Positions 1 through 9,601 of a stretch of DNA of 64,000 bases are shown piece after piece (positions within the stretch are counted from its first letter, which is position 1; the number at the start of each line of letters is the position of its first letter). Where the stretch lies: NCBI GenBank assembly GCA_945898275.1, contig CAMDHZ010000013.1, forward strand, positions 6,695-70,694, given 5' to 3'. The notes under the pieces were generated by a model. The model saw nothing but the letters and a program-made list of their open reading frames with translations, made no database searches and was not told the DNA's origin. The DNA is from Chitinophaga pinensis. GTDB lineage: Bacteria; Bacteroidota; Bacteroidia; UKL13-3. The translations under genes were made by a program, and so were the position numbers.

Positions 1-1893
1 GGCATGGGCTTTGAGCGCTTATGCCGTGCCATAGAAGCCAAACAAAGTAACTATGATACAGATGTATTCGTACCTTATATTAAGTTTTTAGAAGAAACTT
101 CTGGGATGGTTTATGGCAGTTCAGAAAAAACAGATATTGCCATGCGTGTGCTTGCCGACCATATTCGTACCATTACTTTTGCTATATTAGATGGACAATT
201 GCCTTCCAACAATGGCGCAGGTTATGTGATTAGAAGGATTTTACGCAGGGCAGTTAGGTATTATTATAGTTTCTTAAACCGCCGCGAGCCGCTCTTGCAT
301 TACATGGTAGCTTTGGTAGGAAATGCTTTCGCTGATATTTTCCCTGAAGTAAAAGAGAAAAAATCTTTCATCGAAACCGTAATCAAAGAAGAAGAATTGG
401 CTTTCTTGAGAACCTTAGAAAATGGTATAAAAAGAATAGAAAGACATGCTGGTGATATCAATGGTGAAGTAGCGTTTGAGTTATTTGACACCTTTGGATT
501 TCCAATAGATTTAACACAATTGATTGCCAGAGAGCAAGGTTTTACTGTTGACTTAACAGGCTTTGAAAGGAACTTGCAATTGCAAAAAGAACGCTCTAGA
601 AAGGCCACTACACTCGAAACAGAAGATTGGGTAGTAATAGAAGAAAATGATCAACTTAAATTTATCGGCTATGATTTTTTAAAAGCAGATGTTCGCATCA
701 TGCGTTACCGCAAGGTAAAAGCAAAAGGCAAAGAACAGTATCAATTAGTGTTGAACCAAACACCGTTTTATGCAGAGAGTGGTGGGCAAGTTGGAGATTC
801 AGGTGTTTTAGAAAGCATCAATGAAAAGATAGAAATATTAGACACACAAAAGGAGAACAACCTAATTGTTCATATTGCGGCAAGGTTGCCAGAAAATCCT
901 GTTGCTGTTTTTATAGCAAAGGTTAACGCAACTAAACGCCAACTCACTAGTTCCAATCACTCGGCAACACATTTGTTGCATGCCGCTTTAAGGGAAGTTT
1001 TAGGCACCCATGTAGAGCAAAAAGGTTCATTGGTAAACAGTGAGTATTTGCGTTTCGACTTCTCACATTTTAAAGCTATGAGTGAAGCAGAATTGGAGCA
1101 AGTAAGCAAGCGTGTAAATGAAAAAATAAGAGAGAACATTGTCTTAGATGAACTCAGAGATGTGCCAATTGAAGAAGCAAAATCCCTTGGCGCCATGGCT
1201 TTATTTGGTGAAAAATATGGCGATAAAGTTCGCGTAATTACATTTGACCCAAGCTACAGTATAGAACTTTGCGGAGGTACGCATGTGCAAGCTACTGGTC
1301 AAATTGGAATGTTTAGCTTTAGTGCAGAATCTGCTGTAGCAGCTGGAGTAAGGCGCATTGAAGCCATCACTTCTGTAGCTGCAGAAAATCAAAGTAAGGA
1401 AGAAAAGCAGGTGCTTGCAGAACTTAAAGACTTGCTAAAAAGCAAAGACTTGAAAAAATCTGTGGAAGCCTTGATGGCGGAAAAGGCTGAATTGCAAAAG
1501 AAATTGGAACATTTAGAATCAGAAAAAACACAAGCCTTAAAGCATTTGCTAAAAGCCAAAGTTGAGAAAGTTGGAGATATTCATTTGCTAATTGAAGCGG
1601 TTGAAATTCCAAATGCAGAGCAGTTAAAGAACTTATCATTTCAATTGCGCCAAGAAATTCCAAACTTGGTTTGTATTTTAGGTTGCGGTTTGAACCAAAA
1701 GCCTTTATTAAGTATTATTTTAGCAGATGAGTTGGTTCAAACCAAACAATTGAATGCCGGAAATTTGGTAAAGCAATTGGCTAAGCACATACAAGGTGGG
1801 GGAGGCGGTCAGCCATTTTATGCCACAGCAGGCGGTAACAAGATGGAAGGCTTGGCTGCAGCGTTAACTGAGGCAAGAGAAATGTTTAAATAG
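1..1893 (+). CDS. alaS: Alanine--tRNA ligase, 5' part outside the window
   Basis: GMGFERL, ADHIRT, QTPFYAESGGQVGD, HSATHLLH, RFDFSH, ELCGGTHV and C-terminal GGGGGQP (DHHA1) motifs; frame is open from base 1. Confidence 0.98.
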   Translation, partial: GMGFERLCRAIEAKQSNYDTDVFVPYIKFLEETSGMVYGSSEKTDIAMRVLADHIRTITFAILDGQLPSNNGAGYVIRRILRRAVRYYYSFLNRREPLLHYMVALVGNAFADIFPEVKEKKSFIETVIKEEELAFLRTLENGIKRIERHAGDINGEVAFELFDTFGFPIDLTQLIAREQGFTVDLTGFERNLQLQKERSRKATTLETEDWVVIEENDQLKFIGYDFLKADVRIMRYRKVKAKGKEQYQLVLNQTPFYAESGGQVGDSGVLESINEKIEILDTQKENNLIVHIAARLPENPVAVFIAKVNATKRQLTSSNHSATHLLHAALREVLGTHVEQKGSLVNSEYLRFDFSHFKAMSEAELEQVSKRVNEKIRENIVLDELRDVPIEEAKSLGAMALFGEKYGDKVRVITFDPSYSIELCGGTHVQATGQIGMFSFSAESAVAAGVRRIEAITSVAAENQSKEEKQVLAELKDLLKSKDLKKSVEALMAEKAELQKKLEHLESEKTQALKHLLKAKVEKVGDIHLLIEAVEIPNAEQLKNLSFQLRQEIPNLVCILGCGLNQKPLLSIILADELVQTKQLNAGNLVKQLAKHIQGGGGGQPFYATAGGNKMEGLAAALTEAREMFK

Positions 1894-1991
1894 TTTTGAA
1901 TGAAGTTACCTTTTGAAATGGAACGAAATCCTAGACATACTTAACTGAGTTAAAATCAGAAATTATGTTTTTCAAAATTGTTAATACCAAA

Positions 1992-2669
1992 ATGGCTAGA
2001 AAGATTTTAATAACAGGTTCAAAAGGGCAAATAGGAAGTGTGCTTTTGGGCGGGTTGAGAAATTATATTTTGGTAGAAGCAGATTTGCCTGAGACGGATG
2101 TAAGAGATTATGCCACCTTATTGAAAAAATGCAAAGGAATAGACGCAATTATTCATTTGGCATGGGATACCAATGAAAATCATAGAAGCAAGACATACAA
2201 TCCAGATAATTCACTTATGTTTTTAAATGTTTATAAGGCCTCTCTTGAGCTTGGAATTAAAAGGGTAATTATGGCTTCGTCAGTTCATGCAGATGAGTAC
2301 GTGGCAAATTCAACTGCTAGGCTATATGTTAATCAAAATCCTAAACCTAATAGTCCATATGGCGCCCACAAAATTTTCATGGAAAAGATGGGATACTGGT
2401 ATTCTCAGCAAGGATTAGAAATTATATGCATTAGGTTTGGGGGTGTTTGTGGGCTAAATAGAAAACCATGGAATTCACTCAAAATTGAAGGTCTGGCTCA
2501 TGCAGATTGCCTAGATTTGATTGAGAAATGTTTGTCAATTAAGACAGTGCCACAGAACTATATGGTATTGTATGGCGTATCCAACAATAAATTAGGCGTT
2601 CATGATTTTTCCAATCCATTAGGTTGGAAACCAATATTAGATGCAGCAGAATTTTATAATTGGGGTTGA
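1992..2669 (+). CDS. NAD-dependent epimerase/dehydrogenase (extended SDR, uronate dehydrogenase-like)
   Basis: ILITGSKGQIG Rossmann motif, IIHLAW, MASS, PYGAHK (YxxxK); start taken at MARK (1992), ORF track starts at 1965. Confidence 0.85.
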   Translation: MARKILITGSKGQIGSVLLGGLRNYILVEADLPETDVRDYATLLKKCKGIDAIIHLAWDTNENHRSKTYNPDNSLMFLNVYKASLELGIKRVIMASSVHADEYVANSTARLYVNQNPKPNSPYGAHKIFMEKMGYWYSQQGLEIICIRFGGVCGLNRKPWNSLKIEGLAHADCLDLIEKCLSIKTVPQNYMVLYGVSNNKLGVHDFSNPLGWKPILDAAEFYNWG

Positions 2670-2873
2670 TTTTCTATAAGTTCATTTTAATCTAATCTTT
2701 CTTTATTGATCTTAGTAAGTTAGTAATTGGCAATCTGCTTATATCTATTTGTATTTGTACAAAGCCATTCTTAAATATTAACAACTATTCAGTCTTAACA
2801 AAGCTTGCTTACTAACCTTCAAAGTGGATAGAATTAAAGAGGCCGAAAATTTATTTGTGTAGTTCAAAATCTT

Positions 2874-2891
2874 TATTGTAATATTGCAATA
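2874..2891. promoter_or_regulatory. Putative ArsR operator
   Basis: TATTGTAATATTGCAATA, an 18-bp palindrome with one imperfect pair, 13 bp upstream of the arsR ATG; ArsR repressors autoregulate through such sites. Confidence 0.6.
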
Positions 2892-2904
2892 TAAAAATAT
2901 AATA

Positions 2905-3237
2905 ATGGGTGCTACCAAGACAGATCATTTTACAGACAAACAAAATGCGATTGCTACACTAGCCAAGGCATTGGGACATCCTGCAAGGGTTGCCATTGTA
3001 GATTATCTACTTAAAGTGGACGCTTGTATTTGTGGAGATATTGTAAATGAACTGCCTTTAGCACAGCCTACAGTTTCGCAACATTTGAAAGAACTCAAAA
3101 ACGCTGGAATTATTAAAGGTGAAATTGAAGGAAATACTATTTGTTACTGCCTTGACAAAAATAGCATTGACAAATTGCAAAGTTATTTTGCAAACATTTC
3201 AATCAAATTAGAAACGAAGAAAAAAGACTGTTGTTAA
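2905..3237 (+). CDS. arsR: ArsR/SmtB family repressor
   Basis: KALGHPARVAI, CICGDIV metal site, LAQPTVSQHLKELK HTH, C-terminal CC; ATG at 2905. Confidence 0.93.
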   Translation: MGATKTDHFTDKQNAIATLAKALGHPARVAIVDYLLKVDACICGDIVNELPLAQPTVSQHLKELKNAGIIKGEIEGNTICYCLDKNSIDKLQSYFANISIKLETKKKDCC

Positions 3238-3257
3238 CCAAATAAATATAAAGCAAA

Positions 3258-3318
3258 ATGAAATTATCTGAATTAACAAACCAAAATACTTGCAAGCCTG
3301 AGGGTAGGTTGTTGCTAA
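3258..3318 (+). pseudogene. Possible deletion remnant of a DUF6428-type ars-operon gene
   Basis: Reads MKLSELTNQNTCKPEG, then GCC-stop in the +1 frame; position and both ends match my recollection of that family. Confidence 0.4.
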
Positions 3319-3332
3319 TTAATTCCACTAAA

Positions 3333-4049
3333 ATGAAAATGATCAAAAAAGCAATTCTTTTAACTTTTTGCACCGTTAGTGTGCTAGTAATTTCTTCTTA
3401 TAAACCAATTAAAAAATTAGAATTATATCCAAAGCTATCCTCTTATTGTGATAAGCTTTCTGATGAGTTTATTCAAATACCTGAAGAAAGAAAAGCAGAA
3501 CTAAAAGATATAGCTAGTTTTATTGTGGAGCAAAGAAAGGAACATAAACCAGCTAATTTACTTTTTGTATGCACAAGTAACTCACGAAGAAGTCACATGG
3601 CACAAGTATGGTCTCAAATTGCTTCCTATTATTACAACATTGATAGCGTATTTACTTTTTCTGGAGGTACCGAACAAACTCGCGTAAACATTAATGCCAT
3701 TGAGGCTTTAAATAGAACAGGAATTGAATTTTACTCAAATAATCAAGGTGATAATCCATTGAGGTATCTTAAGGTAGGAAGTAAAATAAATCCTTGGGTT
3801 ATTTTTTCTAAAAAATATACAGATGCTACAAATCCTAAAAAGAATTTTGCTGCAGTTATGGTTTGTTCTGAAGCCGACGAAGCGTGCCCTTTTGTAGAGG
3901 GTGCCGAATTAAGAATTGGCTTGCCCTATCAAGATCCAAAAGCATTTGACAATTCCCCGTTAAAGGAAGCAAAGTATGACGAACGTTGCCGTCAAATTGC
4001 TAGAGAAATGTTTTTTATAATGGATGTAGTTTCAAAGAATAAACTATGA
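3333..4049 (+). CDS. Low-molecular-weight PTP / arsenate reductase-like protein with N-terminal signal-like peptide
   Basis: [11 protein letters not shown] (CX5R), [26 protein letters not shown]; hydrophobic N-terminus after MKMIKK; start moved from 3258 to 3333. Confidence 0.82.
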   Translation: MKMIKKAILLTFCTVSVLVISSYKPIKKLELYPKLSSYCDKLSDEFIQIPEERKAELKDIASFIVEQRKEHKPANLLFVCTSNSRRSHMAQVWSQIASYYYNIDSVFTFSGGTEQTRVNINAIEALNRTGIEFYSNNQGDNPLRYLKVGSKINPWVIFSKKYTDATNPKKNFAAVMVCSEADEACPFVEGAELRIGLPYQDPKAFDNSPLKEAKYDERCRQIAREMFFIMDVVSKNKL

Positions 4050-5119
4050 CAGCAAATGATTGTGCCCCTGTTGCTGAAAGAAAGAAACTCAGTTTCTTAG
4101 ACCGCTTTCTAACCTTATGGATTTTTATAGCAATGGCTTTAGGTGTGGCTATTGGCTATTTTGTTCCATCCAGTAGCGACTTTATCAATTCTTTCTCAAA
4201 TGGTACAACTAATATACCTTTAGCCATAGGCTTGATATTAATGATGTATCCGCCACTTGCCAAGGTAAAATATGAGCAAATGGGTGAGGTTTTTAAAAAT
4301 ACAAAAGTGCTTGGAGCTTCTTTATTTTTAAACTGGATTGTTGGACCTGTATTGATGTTCTTTTTAGCATTGACTTTTCTTCAAGGTTATCCAGAATATA
4401 TGATTGGATTAATCTTGATTGGATTGGCTCGTTGCATTGCAATGGTTGTAGTTTGGAACGATTTAGCAGATGGAAGTAGAGAATATGCAGCAGGATTGAT
4501 TGCATTGAATAGCATTTTTCAAGTGCTTCTATACAGTGTTTATGCTTATATTTTTATAACTGTACTTCCTCCCTTATTTGGATATAAAGGTTTCGAAGTA
4601 AATATTAGTATTGGACAAATTGCCGAAAGTGTAGGAATTTATTTAGGTGTTCCATTTGCATTAGGTATCTTAAGCCGTTATTCACTAATTAAATGGAAAG
4701 GTTTGGAATGGTTTCAAAATAAATTTGTTCCAGTAATTTCTCCAATTACACTTATCGCCTTGCTCTTTACAATCATTCTAATGTTTAGCTTAAAAGGTGA
4801 ACTCATTGTTCAAATTCCAATGGATGTTGTTAGGATTGCAATCCCACTTGTACTTTATTTCGTTATAATGTTTATCGTAAGTTTTTTCGTGGGAAAATAC
4901 TTCGGTGCAGATTATTCCAAGAGCACCTCAATTGCATTTACAGCAACTGGAAATAATTTCGAATTGGCTATTGCTGTTGCTATTGGTGTTTTTGGTATTA
5001 ATAGCGGACAAGCATTTGCTGGTGTTATTGGTCCTTTAGTTGAAGTACCTGCACTTATCGCTTTGGTAAATGTTGCTTTTTGGTTTAGAAAGAAATACTT
5101 TAAAAATAAAATTTTATAA
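4046..5119 (+). CDS. acr3: ACR3 family arsenite efflux transporter
   Basis: [46 protein letters not shown]; about 10 TM helices; ATGA overlap with the upstream gene. Confidence 0.96.
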   Translation: MTANDCAPVAERKKLSFLDRFLTLWIFIAMALGVAIGYFVPSSSDFINSFSNGTTNIPLAIGLILMMYPPLAKVKYEQMGEVFKNTKVLGASLFLNWIVGPVLMFFLALTFLQGYPEYMIGLILIGLARCIAMVVVWNDLADGSREYAAGLIALNSIFQVLLYSVYAYIFITVLPPLFGYKGFEVNISIGQIAESVGIYLGVPFALGILSRYSLIKWKGLEWFQNKFVPVISPITLIALLFTIILMFSLKGELIVQIPMDVVRIAIPLVLYFVIMFIVSFFVGKYFGADYSKSTSIAFTATGNNFELAIAVAIGVFGINSGQAFAGVIGPLVEVPALIALVNVAFWFRKKYFKNKIL

Positions 5120-5122
5120 AAA

Positions 5123-5896
5123 ATGAAAATTGCACTATTTAGCGACATCCATTCAAACCTTCCTGCATTAGAAGCTTTTTTTAAAGACCTTGAAACTTCA
5201 AAACCAGATGCAGTTTATTGTTTAGGCGACTTGGTAGGCTACAACATTTGGCCTAATGAAGTAATAAACGAAATTAGAAAAAGAGGTATTCCAACCATTG
5301 CAGGAAACTATGATTTTGGCGTTGGTAGAACTTCGGACGACTGCGGTTGCGCTTATAAAACAGATGAAGAAAAAGAAATGGGCGTTCAATCTATTGCCTT
5401 AACAAACCAATTAGTACAACCCCATGAACGCGAATATTTGCGAACACTTCCTGCACATATTCAACTAGAGTATCAACTCAATAACGACCATTTGTTTTTA
5501 TTGATGGTTCATGGAAGTCCACGAAAAATAAACGAGTATTTATTTGAAGACCGCGACGAAAAAAGTATGCTCCGCATTCTTGAAGCTTCAAATGCCGACC
5601 TTATGTTTTTTGGACATACTCACAAATCATATCACCGCATTTTCGAGTATGATAAAGACGGACAAAAAGCATTTCGCCATGCTATAAATTTAGGTTCAAT
5701 TGGAAAACCAAAAGACGGAGACCCAAGAGGCTGTTATGTGATGATTACTATAAATGATAACAGCAGCAAGTTTGATAAAGACAGCATAAAAGTTGAATTT
5801 ATTCGAGTTGCTTATGATGTTGAAAAAGCAGCAAAGGCGGTAGAAGAAAGTATTTTACCAAACGCCTATGCAGATATGTTACGAAAAGGATATTAA
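5123..5896 (+). CDS. Metallophosphoesterase (calcineurin-like, ars-associated)
   Basis: SDIHSN, LGDLVGY, GNYD, VHGSP, FGHTH, NLGSIGKPKDG. Confidence 0.9.
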   Translation: MKIALFSDIHSNLPALEAFFKDLETSKPDAVYCLGDLVGYNIWPNEVINEIRKRGIPTIAGNYDFGVGRTSDDCGCAYKTDEEKEMGVQSIALTNQLVQPHEREYLRTLPAHIQLEYQLNNDHLFLLMVHGSPRKINEYLFEDRDEKSMLRILEASNADLMFFGHTHKSYHRIFEYDKDGQKAFRHAINLGSIGKPKDGDPRGCYVMITINDNSSKFDKDSIKVEFIRVAYDVEKAAKAVEESILPNAYADMLRKGY

Positions 5897-5900
5897 GAAA

Positions 5901-6533
5901 ATGGAAAATATAGTCAGAAAAAAACATTGGGAAAACATCTATCAAACCAAAGACTTGAAAGATGTAAGTTGGTATCAGCCAACACCAACAACTTCTTTGG
6001 ATTTCTTGAAACAGTTCAATATTCCTTCCAATGCAAAAATTATTGACATTGGAGGAGGAGACAGCTTTTTGGTTGACCATCTATTAGACTTAGGATACCT
6101 AGATATTACTGTTCTTGATATTTCAGCCTCTTCACTTGATAGAGCAAAGCAAAGGCTAGGTAGCAGAGCATCATTAGTAAAATGGATAGTTGCAGATGCA
6201 TCTATTTTTGAACCAACTGAAAAATATGACTTTTGGCACGATAGAGCTGCCTTTCATTTTTTGACCCAAGAACAAGAAATTACAAATTACATTGACACTA
6301 TTCAAAAGAGTATTAGCCCCAATGGTGTTTTAGTTATTGGAACATTTTCTGAGTTAGGTCCACAAAAATGTAGTGGAATTGAAATAAAACAATACTCTGA
6401 AACATCAATGACTGAAAGACTAAAAAGATTTTTTGAAAAAGTAAAGTGTATAGCTGTTGACCACCAAACGCCCTTTAACACAATTCAAAACTTTATTTTT
6501 TGCAGCTTCTTAAAGAAGCAAATTATAAGTTAG
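5901..6533 (+). CDS. Class I SAM-dependent methyltransferase
   Basis: HWENIY, IIDIGGGDS, VLDIS, WHDRAAFHFL; ATG at 5901, 4 bp after the preceding stop. Confidence 0.88.
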   Translation: MENIVRKKHWENIYQTKDLKDVSWYQPTPTTSLDFLKQFNIPSNAKIIDIGGGDSFLVDHLLDLGYLDITVLDISASSLDRAKQRLGSRASLVKWIVADASIFEPTEKYDFWHDRAAFHFLTQEQEITNYIDTIQKSISPNGVLVIGTFSELGPQKCSGIEIKQYSETSMTERLKRFFEKVKCIAVDHQTPFNTIQNFIFCSFLKKQIIS

Positions 6534-6700
6534 TCCTAACAATTATTGGTAAGTTGTGATTTGCTTTCGGATTTAGTTCTTTTTAAATTTTAAATATTAA
6601 TTCAGCATAGCCTTAAGTTATGCCCAATTGTAAAATGACACTTACTGCAACTTCCGAAAATAAAGTAAAGACTATGGAAAGTAGAAAATTTCAGAACAAA

Positions 6701-7789
6701 TTAATTGGATGAGAATTTTTTGTCCTTTAATTTTAAGAAATAAGATTCATAATAATAGAAAGAAATATGGGCAATTATTATTGAAAAAAACATTGGGATT
6801 ACATAGGCGTAAATATTAAATAAAATTGGATTATCAATTTCAAAAATTTGGCCATACTCCAATGCAAGTTTTAATGGATATCGATGAAGTAGATAAAATC
6901 CAAAAGAAATTTTTCCAATGTATTCTAAGGCCTTATTTTTTAAACTAACAATGCAATTTGGGTTCAAAGCGAGATTTGCAATTACAAATGCAGCAAAAAT
7001 TGACATCAATTGGTCATTGTAATACTTCGCAATTGCTGTTGATAAAACTAAATAGGCTACAAATGTCGAATATAATATAATTTGGAACCATTTGGTAAAT
7101 ATGATTTTTGGTGAAATTAAAGTTGAAAAATATTTATTACCACTTTGAAAATTAACAATCCAAAGGCTAAAAATTCCACCTAACATCATGCAATCAAACC
7201 TAGCTTTATACATAATGGTAGAACACATTTCCCAATCTAATTTACTAGCTGCTAGTTTAATAACATACAATCCTAGAAAAACCGCGATTAGTGTATTGAA
7301 CGAATTTTTTAACAACTTCATTCTAAGAATATGAGGATGAAATAAGTAAAATTGTTCTTCTACACCTAAAGACCAAATGGGATCAACAATGCTAGGAAGT
7401 TTTTCTAAAATAAAAGCAATATTGGATAGAAAAAATACGCTTAACATAATCGCTGTTGAATCTATACCTCTTGGATATACAAAAATGGCAAATGCTAGAA
7501 AAGCAAAATATAAGGGCCAAATTCTTAAAATACGCCTGAAATAAAACTTTTTAATATTTATTTCTCCTTTAGAAGTTTTTTCCTGTACTAGGAGGTAAGA
7601 AATTAAAAACCCACTTAAAACGAAAAATAAGGTAACACCCATACCTCCAAAACACATTACTGTTGACCTGATGTTTGACATTCCCAATTCTTGCTTTTGG
7701 AGCTCAACGTGGGAAATAAACACCAACAAAACTGCTATCGCCCTAAGTACATCCAAATTTGGCAACTGTTTATGAACTGATTTATTCAA
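6701..7789 (-). CDS. Acyltransferase family 3 (OafA-like)
   Basis: LDVLRAIAVLLV, GVTLFFVLSGFLI, RRILRIWPLY, WSLGVEEQFY; multi-TM. Confidence 0.9.
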   Translation of the reverse strand: MNKSVHKQLPNLDVLRAIAVLLVFISHVELQKQELGMSNIRSTVMCFGGMGVTLFFVLSGFLISYLLVQEKTSKGEINIKKFYFRRILRIWPLYFAFLAFAIFVYPRGIDSTAIMLSVFFLSNIAFILEKLPSIVDPIWSLGVEEQFYLFHPHILRMKLLKNSFNTLIAVFLGLYVIKLAASKLDWEMCSTIMYKARFDCMMLGGIFSLWIVNFQSGNKYFSTLISPKIIFTKWFQIILYSTFVAYLVLSTAIAKYYNDQLMSIFAAFVIANLALNPNCIVSLKNKALEYIGKISFGFYLLHRYPLKLALEYGQIFEIDNPILFNIYAYVIPMFFSIIIAHISFYYYESYFLKLKDKKFSSN

Positions 7790-8215
7790 TTTACTAGCGA
7801 TTATGATTGTTTAAATACTACACTGCAAAATAGTAAAAAAAAAATAAAACGGAATTAAATGAAATTATAATTCGTTTATTTTTATTGCTTGGTACCTATT
7901 TTAGCAATAATAATGGTTATTTTCAACTGTCAATGTTTCTTTTAAATTCTATATAAAAATCATTTGTTCTAATTTACAGTAAATCCAAAATCAGTAATTT
8001 TGGTATTAAACTAAACTGATTAAAAGTGAGAACTCTTTAAAGTTCAGATTTAGGTCTTTCTATATTTTCAAGCAATTAATCAATTCATAATCTTCATACA
8101 AAATTATTTTGGGATGCTTCCGTTAAAGTAAGAAATATTTGCTTTATCCAAATTTTGTTTTAATCAACTAGCTTTATGATTTACTTTGGTTCAAACCTTA
8201 AGAAAAATATTAACC

Positions 8216-8935
8216 ATGAAAAACAGTTTACTCCTAGCATTTGCCATTCTCTTTTTTTTCAGTTGTAAAAAAGAAACAATTGAAACTCCAATGCCAACCC
8301 CAGTTAGCATTTGTATGATTGATTCTACCATTGCGGATGGAATTGCACAAAAGATAATTTACGACGAAAACTTTAGGTTCAAAAAAGGTATCATTTATTC
8401 TAAAGTGGATACCATAATTCAAAATGCAGTTTATGAAGGTAATAAAGTTACCTTAACCTATGAAGATAGGTCTGGTTCCCAAACCGTTTACCTTAATAAA
8501 AATGGCTATTGTGATAGCTTAATTGTTGATTTAGGAGTAGGCATAATTTATCTTGAGTATAAATATGATGCCCTCAAACAGCCTATTGAAAGAGTTGCCT
8601 ATGGCAATGTTGGTGGAACTGAAATCGACGAAGTCACGAGCTTTGAATGGCTCAATGGAAACCTTGTCAAGGAAACTACTGAATCTGCTACCGGTATTAG
8701 TGTTACTTCTCATGAGTTCGATTTGAGCCAAAAGAACACTCTTCAAACCTACGAATCAAGTTTATCATTTGTACCTAGCAGCAAAAATCTAGTAACTAAA
8801 ACTGCTATCAATGGGGAGACTACTGTAATTCTATACAGCTACTTTTTTGATAGTAAAAACAGGGTGAATAAGGTGCAAACAATCGTAGACGAAGAAGTTT
8901 CAGAAACCTTCTATCATTGGACTTGCAACAATTAA
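8216..8935 (+). CDS. Lipoprotein, DUF4595/YD-like beta-rich
   Basis: Signal peptide II (FFFSC), repeated Y.YD / W.NGNL beta-strand pattern. Confidence 0.65.
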   Translation: MKNSLLLAFAILFFFSCKKETIETPMPTPVSICMIDSTIADGIAQKIIYDENFRFKKGIIYSKVDTIIQNAVYEGNKVTLTYEDRSGSQTVYLNKNGYCDSLIVDLGVGIIYLEYKYDALKQPIERVAYGNVGGTEIDEVTSFEWLNGNLVKETTESATGISVTSHEFDLSQKNTLQTYESSLSFVPSSKNLVTKTAINGETTVILYSYFFDSKNRVNKVQTIVDEEVSETFYHWTCNN

Positions 8936-9137
8936 GTTTTCCTTCTTTTACATTGCCATTTTTGAAATAGCTGCTTTAAACAACCAAGGTTTAAATTGAA
9001 AATTTTGGTTCAAAATGGGATGAATTGTATAGTATAAAACTTGCTTTTTTAATATTTAAAGTATTGAATATCAATATTTTGTATTAGATTTTTCGATTTG
9101 GTTGCGTTTTTGATTTCATAAGGGAAACAACCAGATT

Positions 9138-9563
9138 ATGAAATTCAAAAATTTAATTTATGCTTTTTTGTTGATTACCTTAGTTTCATGCAAAAAAGAG
9201 TTTTTAGAACAACCAAGCACCACAGTTGATGCTCCAACATCAACTGTAAATAGTTTTAGAGAACTAACTCCAGAGGAGAATTTTGATTGGGCTACTCAAA
9301 AAGAAGTTTCAGTTGGCATTTTAGGCTTAACAACAAAAGTGCCTATCAATCGCACTTTAAAAATCACTAGTCTTGATGGAAACGCTGTTTATTACACAGG
9401 TCTTTACTTAATGGAGACAAGCAGCATTCTAAAAATAAAGGTACCTTCTGCTGTAAGTGATATCAAAGTTACTTATGGCGCTATCGAAAAAAGTATTAAA
9501 ATTGCCTCAGGTAAAAGCACCTTTAGTTTTATGCCTGATGTTGTAGAGGTGACTGCTCAATAA
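9138..9563 (+). CDS. Hypothetical lipoprotein resembling the N-terminal region of LruC-type proteins
   Basis: Lipobox LVSC, NFDWATQKEV segment, immediately upstream of the LruC gene. Confidence 0.6.
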   Translation: MKFKNLIYAFLLITLVSCKKEFLEQPSTTVDAPTSTVNSFRELTPEENFDWATQKEVSVGILGLTTKVPINRTLKITSLDGNAVYYTGLYLMETSSILKIKVPSAVSDIKVTYGAIEKSIKIASGKSTFSFMPDVVEVTAQ

Positions 9564-9601
9564 ATTCTAATTCGTAATACAATCTCATAAATAAATACAT
9601 C

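Noticed and set aside
1992-2669. Foreign origin of the NAD epimerase
   Set aside because: Only an impression from its compactness; it cannot be supported without a homology search.
3258-3332. N-terminal extension of the PTP-like ORF
   Set aside because: Better explained as read-through from a gene remnant; a signal-like peptide begins at 3333-3339.
5901-6533. Arsenite methyltransferase ArsM
   Set aside because: Shorter than ArsM and lacking the characteristic conserved Cys arrangement; kept as a generic class I methyltransferase.
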